Positions 63,159 to 64,000 of a stretch of DNA of 64,000 nt are shown here, one piece after another; position 1 is the stretch's first letter; every line of letters begins with the position of its first letter. Made by a program: the position numbers and the translations under genes. The stretch is from the NCBI GenBank assembly GCA_964291405.2, contig OZ219926.1, positions 4,064,001 to 4,128,000 on the forward strand. Direction: 5' to 3'. This stretch comes from Thermodesulfobacteriota bacterium (GTDB taxonomy: Bacteria; Desulfobacterota; Binatia; Bin18). Under the pieces are notes generated by a model. The model was not told the DNA's origin and searched no databases. It saw only the letters and a list, made by a program, of their open reading frames with translations.

Positions 63159-64000
63159 CTACGCCGCTTGTACCTTCCGTGGAGCGGTCAGTGTCTCCAC
63201 CACATTATGCATCAAACGCAGACCCAGATCTTCTTGAAGCGTCAAGATGGACTCCGGATGAAACTGCACTGCGGCGATGGGCAGGTCGGCATGCTCAACC
63301 GCCATGACAACGCCATCGTCGCTCTCGGCGGTGACGCACAGGCAGGCGGGCAGGCTGTCCTGCAGGGCAAACAGCGAGTGGTAACGCGCCGCCCGAAACG
63401 CTCCGGGGAGATTGTCGTACAGCCCGTGCCTATTGAGGACGTGAATGCGGGACGGTTTGCCGTGCATTGGGTAGGAGAGCGTTGCGAGTTTGCCACCAAA
63501 GTACTCGACAATCCCCTGGAGGCCCAGACACACGCCAAAGATCGGCAGGTGTCGTTTCAGGATAGCGTTGAGCGTCTCCGAGAGGTTGAAATCTCCAGGT
63601 TCCCCCGGACCAGGCGAGAGGACAACCAAGTCGGGACGGTAGGTATCAAATTCGCGCTCGGGAAAACCGGTCCGCAGGGTGAGGACCTCGGCTCCGGTTT
63701 GGCGCAAATAATTGGCCAGGGTATGGACAAAGGAATCCTGATGGTCGATCAGCAGAATTTTCTTATTCCGGCCAACAGGGGCTAAAGGCATACCTTTTTC
63801 TAGAGTAAAGCCACGCGGGCGGCGGATAGCGTCGAGAAAAGCGGAGGCTTTGATGTGGGTTTCTTCCTCCTCCGCCTGCGGGTCGGAGTCGTAGAGCAGG
63901 GTGGCGCCGGCCCGGACTTGGGCCACTCCGTCTTTCAGACGAATAGTCCGCAGCGTCAGGCCGGTATTCAGGCTGCCGTTAAACCCAATCAGACCCACCG
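63159..64000 (-). CDS. trpE: Fused anthranilate synthase TrpE-TrpG, 5' part outside the window
   Basis: NTGLTLRT...RAGATLL (TrpE end) in frame with DHQDSF, SPGPG, GVCLG, QFHPES (glutamine amidotransferase). Confidence 0.92.
   Translation of the reverse strand, partial: VGLIGFNGSLNTGLTLRTIRLKDGVAQVRAGATLLYDSDPQAEEEETHIKASAFLDAIRRPRGFTLEKGMPLAPVGRNKKILLIDHQDSFVHTLANYLRQTGAEVLTLRTGFPEREFDTYRPDLVVLSPGPGEPGDFNLSETLNAILKRHLPIFGVCLGLQGIVEYFGGKLATLSYPMHGKPSRIHVLNRHGLYDNLPGAFRAARYHSLFALQDSLPACLCVTAESDDGVVMAVEHADLPIAAVQFHPESILTLQEDLGLRLMHNVVETLTAPRKVQAA

Noticed and set aside
1-64000. CRISPR array, tRNA, rRNA, DGR template repeat or reverse transcriptase
   Set aside because: By eye I found no regularly spaced repeats, no tRNA/rRNA-like sequence, no AAC-rich copy of 31011-31127 and no YxDD-type RT ORF

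Overview
GC-rich bacterial chromosomal window dense in accessory catabolic genes: six luciferase-like monooxygenases, two PhyH dioxygenases, two amidohydrolases, hydantoinase A/B, amidase and DUF1329/DUF1302 envelope proteins. This content resembles Binatia/Desulfobacterota-type or sponge-symbiont genomes (inference only). I saw no rRNA, tRNA or CRISPR array. Main highlights: (1) a complete 2,529-bp IS1-family cargo element at 40725-43253 with perfect 19-bp terminal inverted repeats and an 8-bp target duplication. It carries a small basic protein, a ClpP-fold serine protease and an overlapping small acidic ORF, with related AT-rich palindromes upstream of two of its promoters. (2) A twice-frameshifted giant secreted protein gene ending in an FGE-sulfatase/C-type-lectin domain, followed by a decayed hairpin like those of diversity-generating-retroelement targets; there is no RT or template repeat in the window. 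(3) A monoheme cytochrome c fused to a probable outer-membrane beta-barrel. (4) Three solute-binding-fold proteins with no signal peptide and no transporter. (5) Two close LLM paralogs, gene remnants, REP-like palindromes and a VapBC-type toxin-antitoxin pair. Product calls come from motif recognition by eye; no database searches were run.
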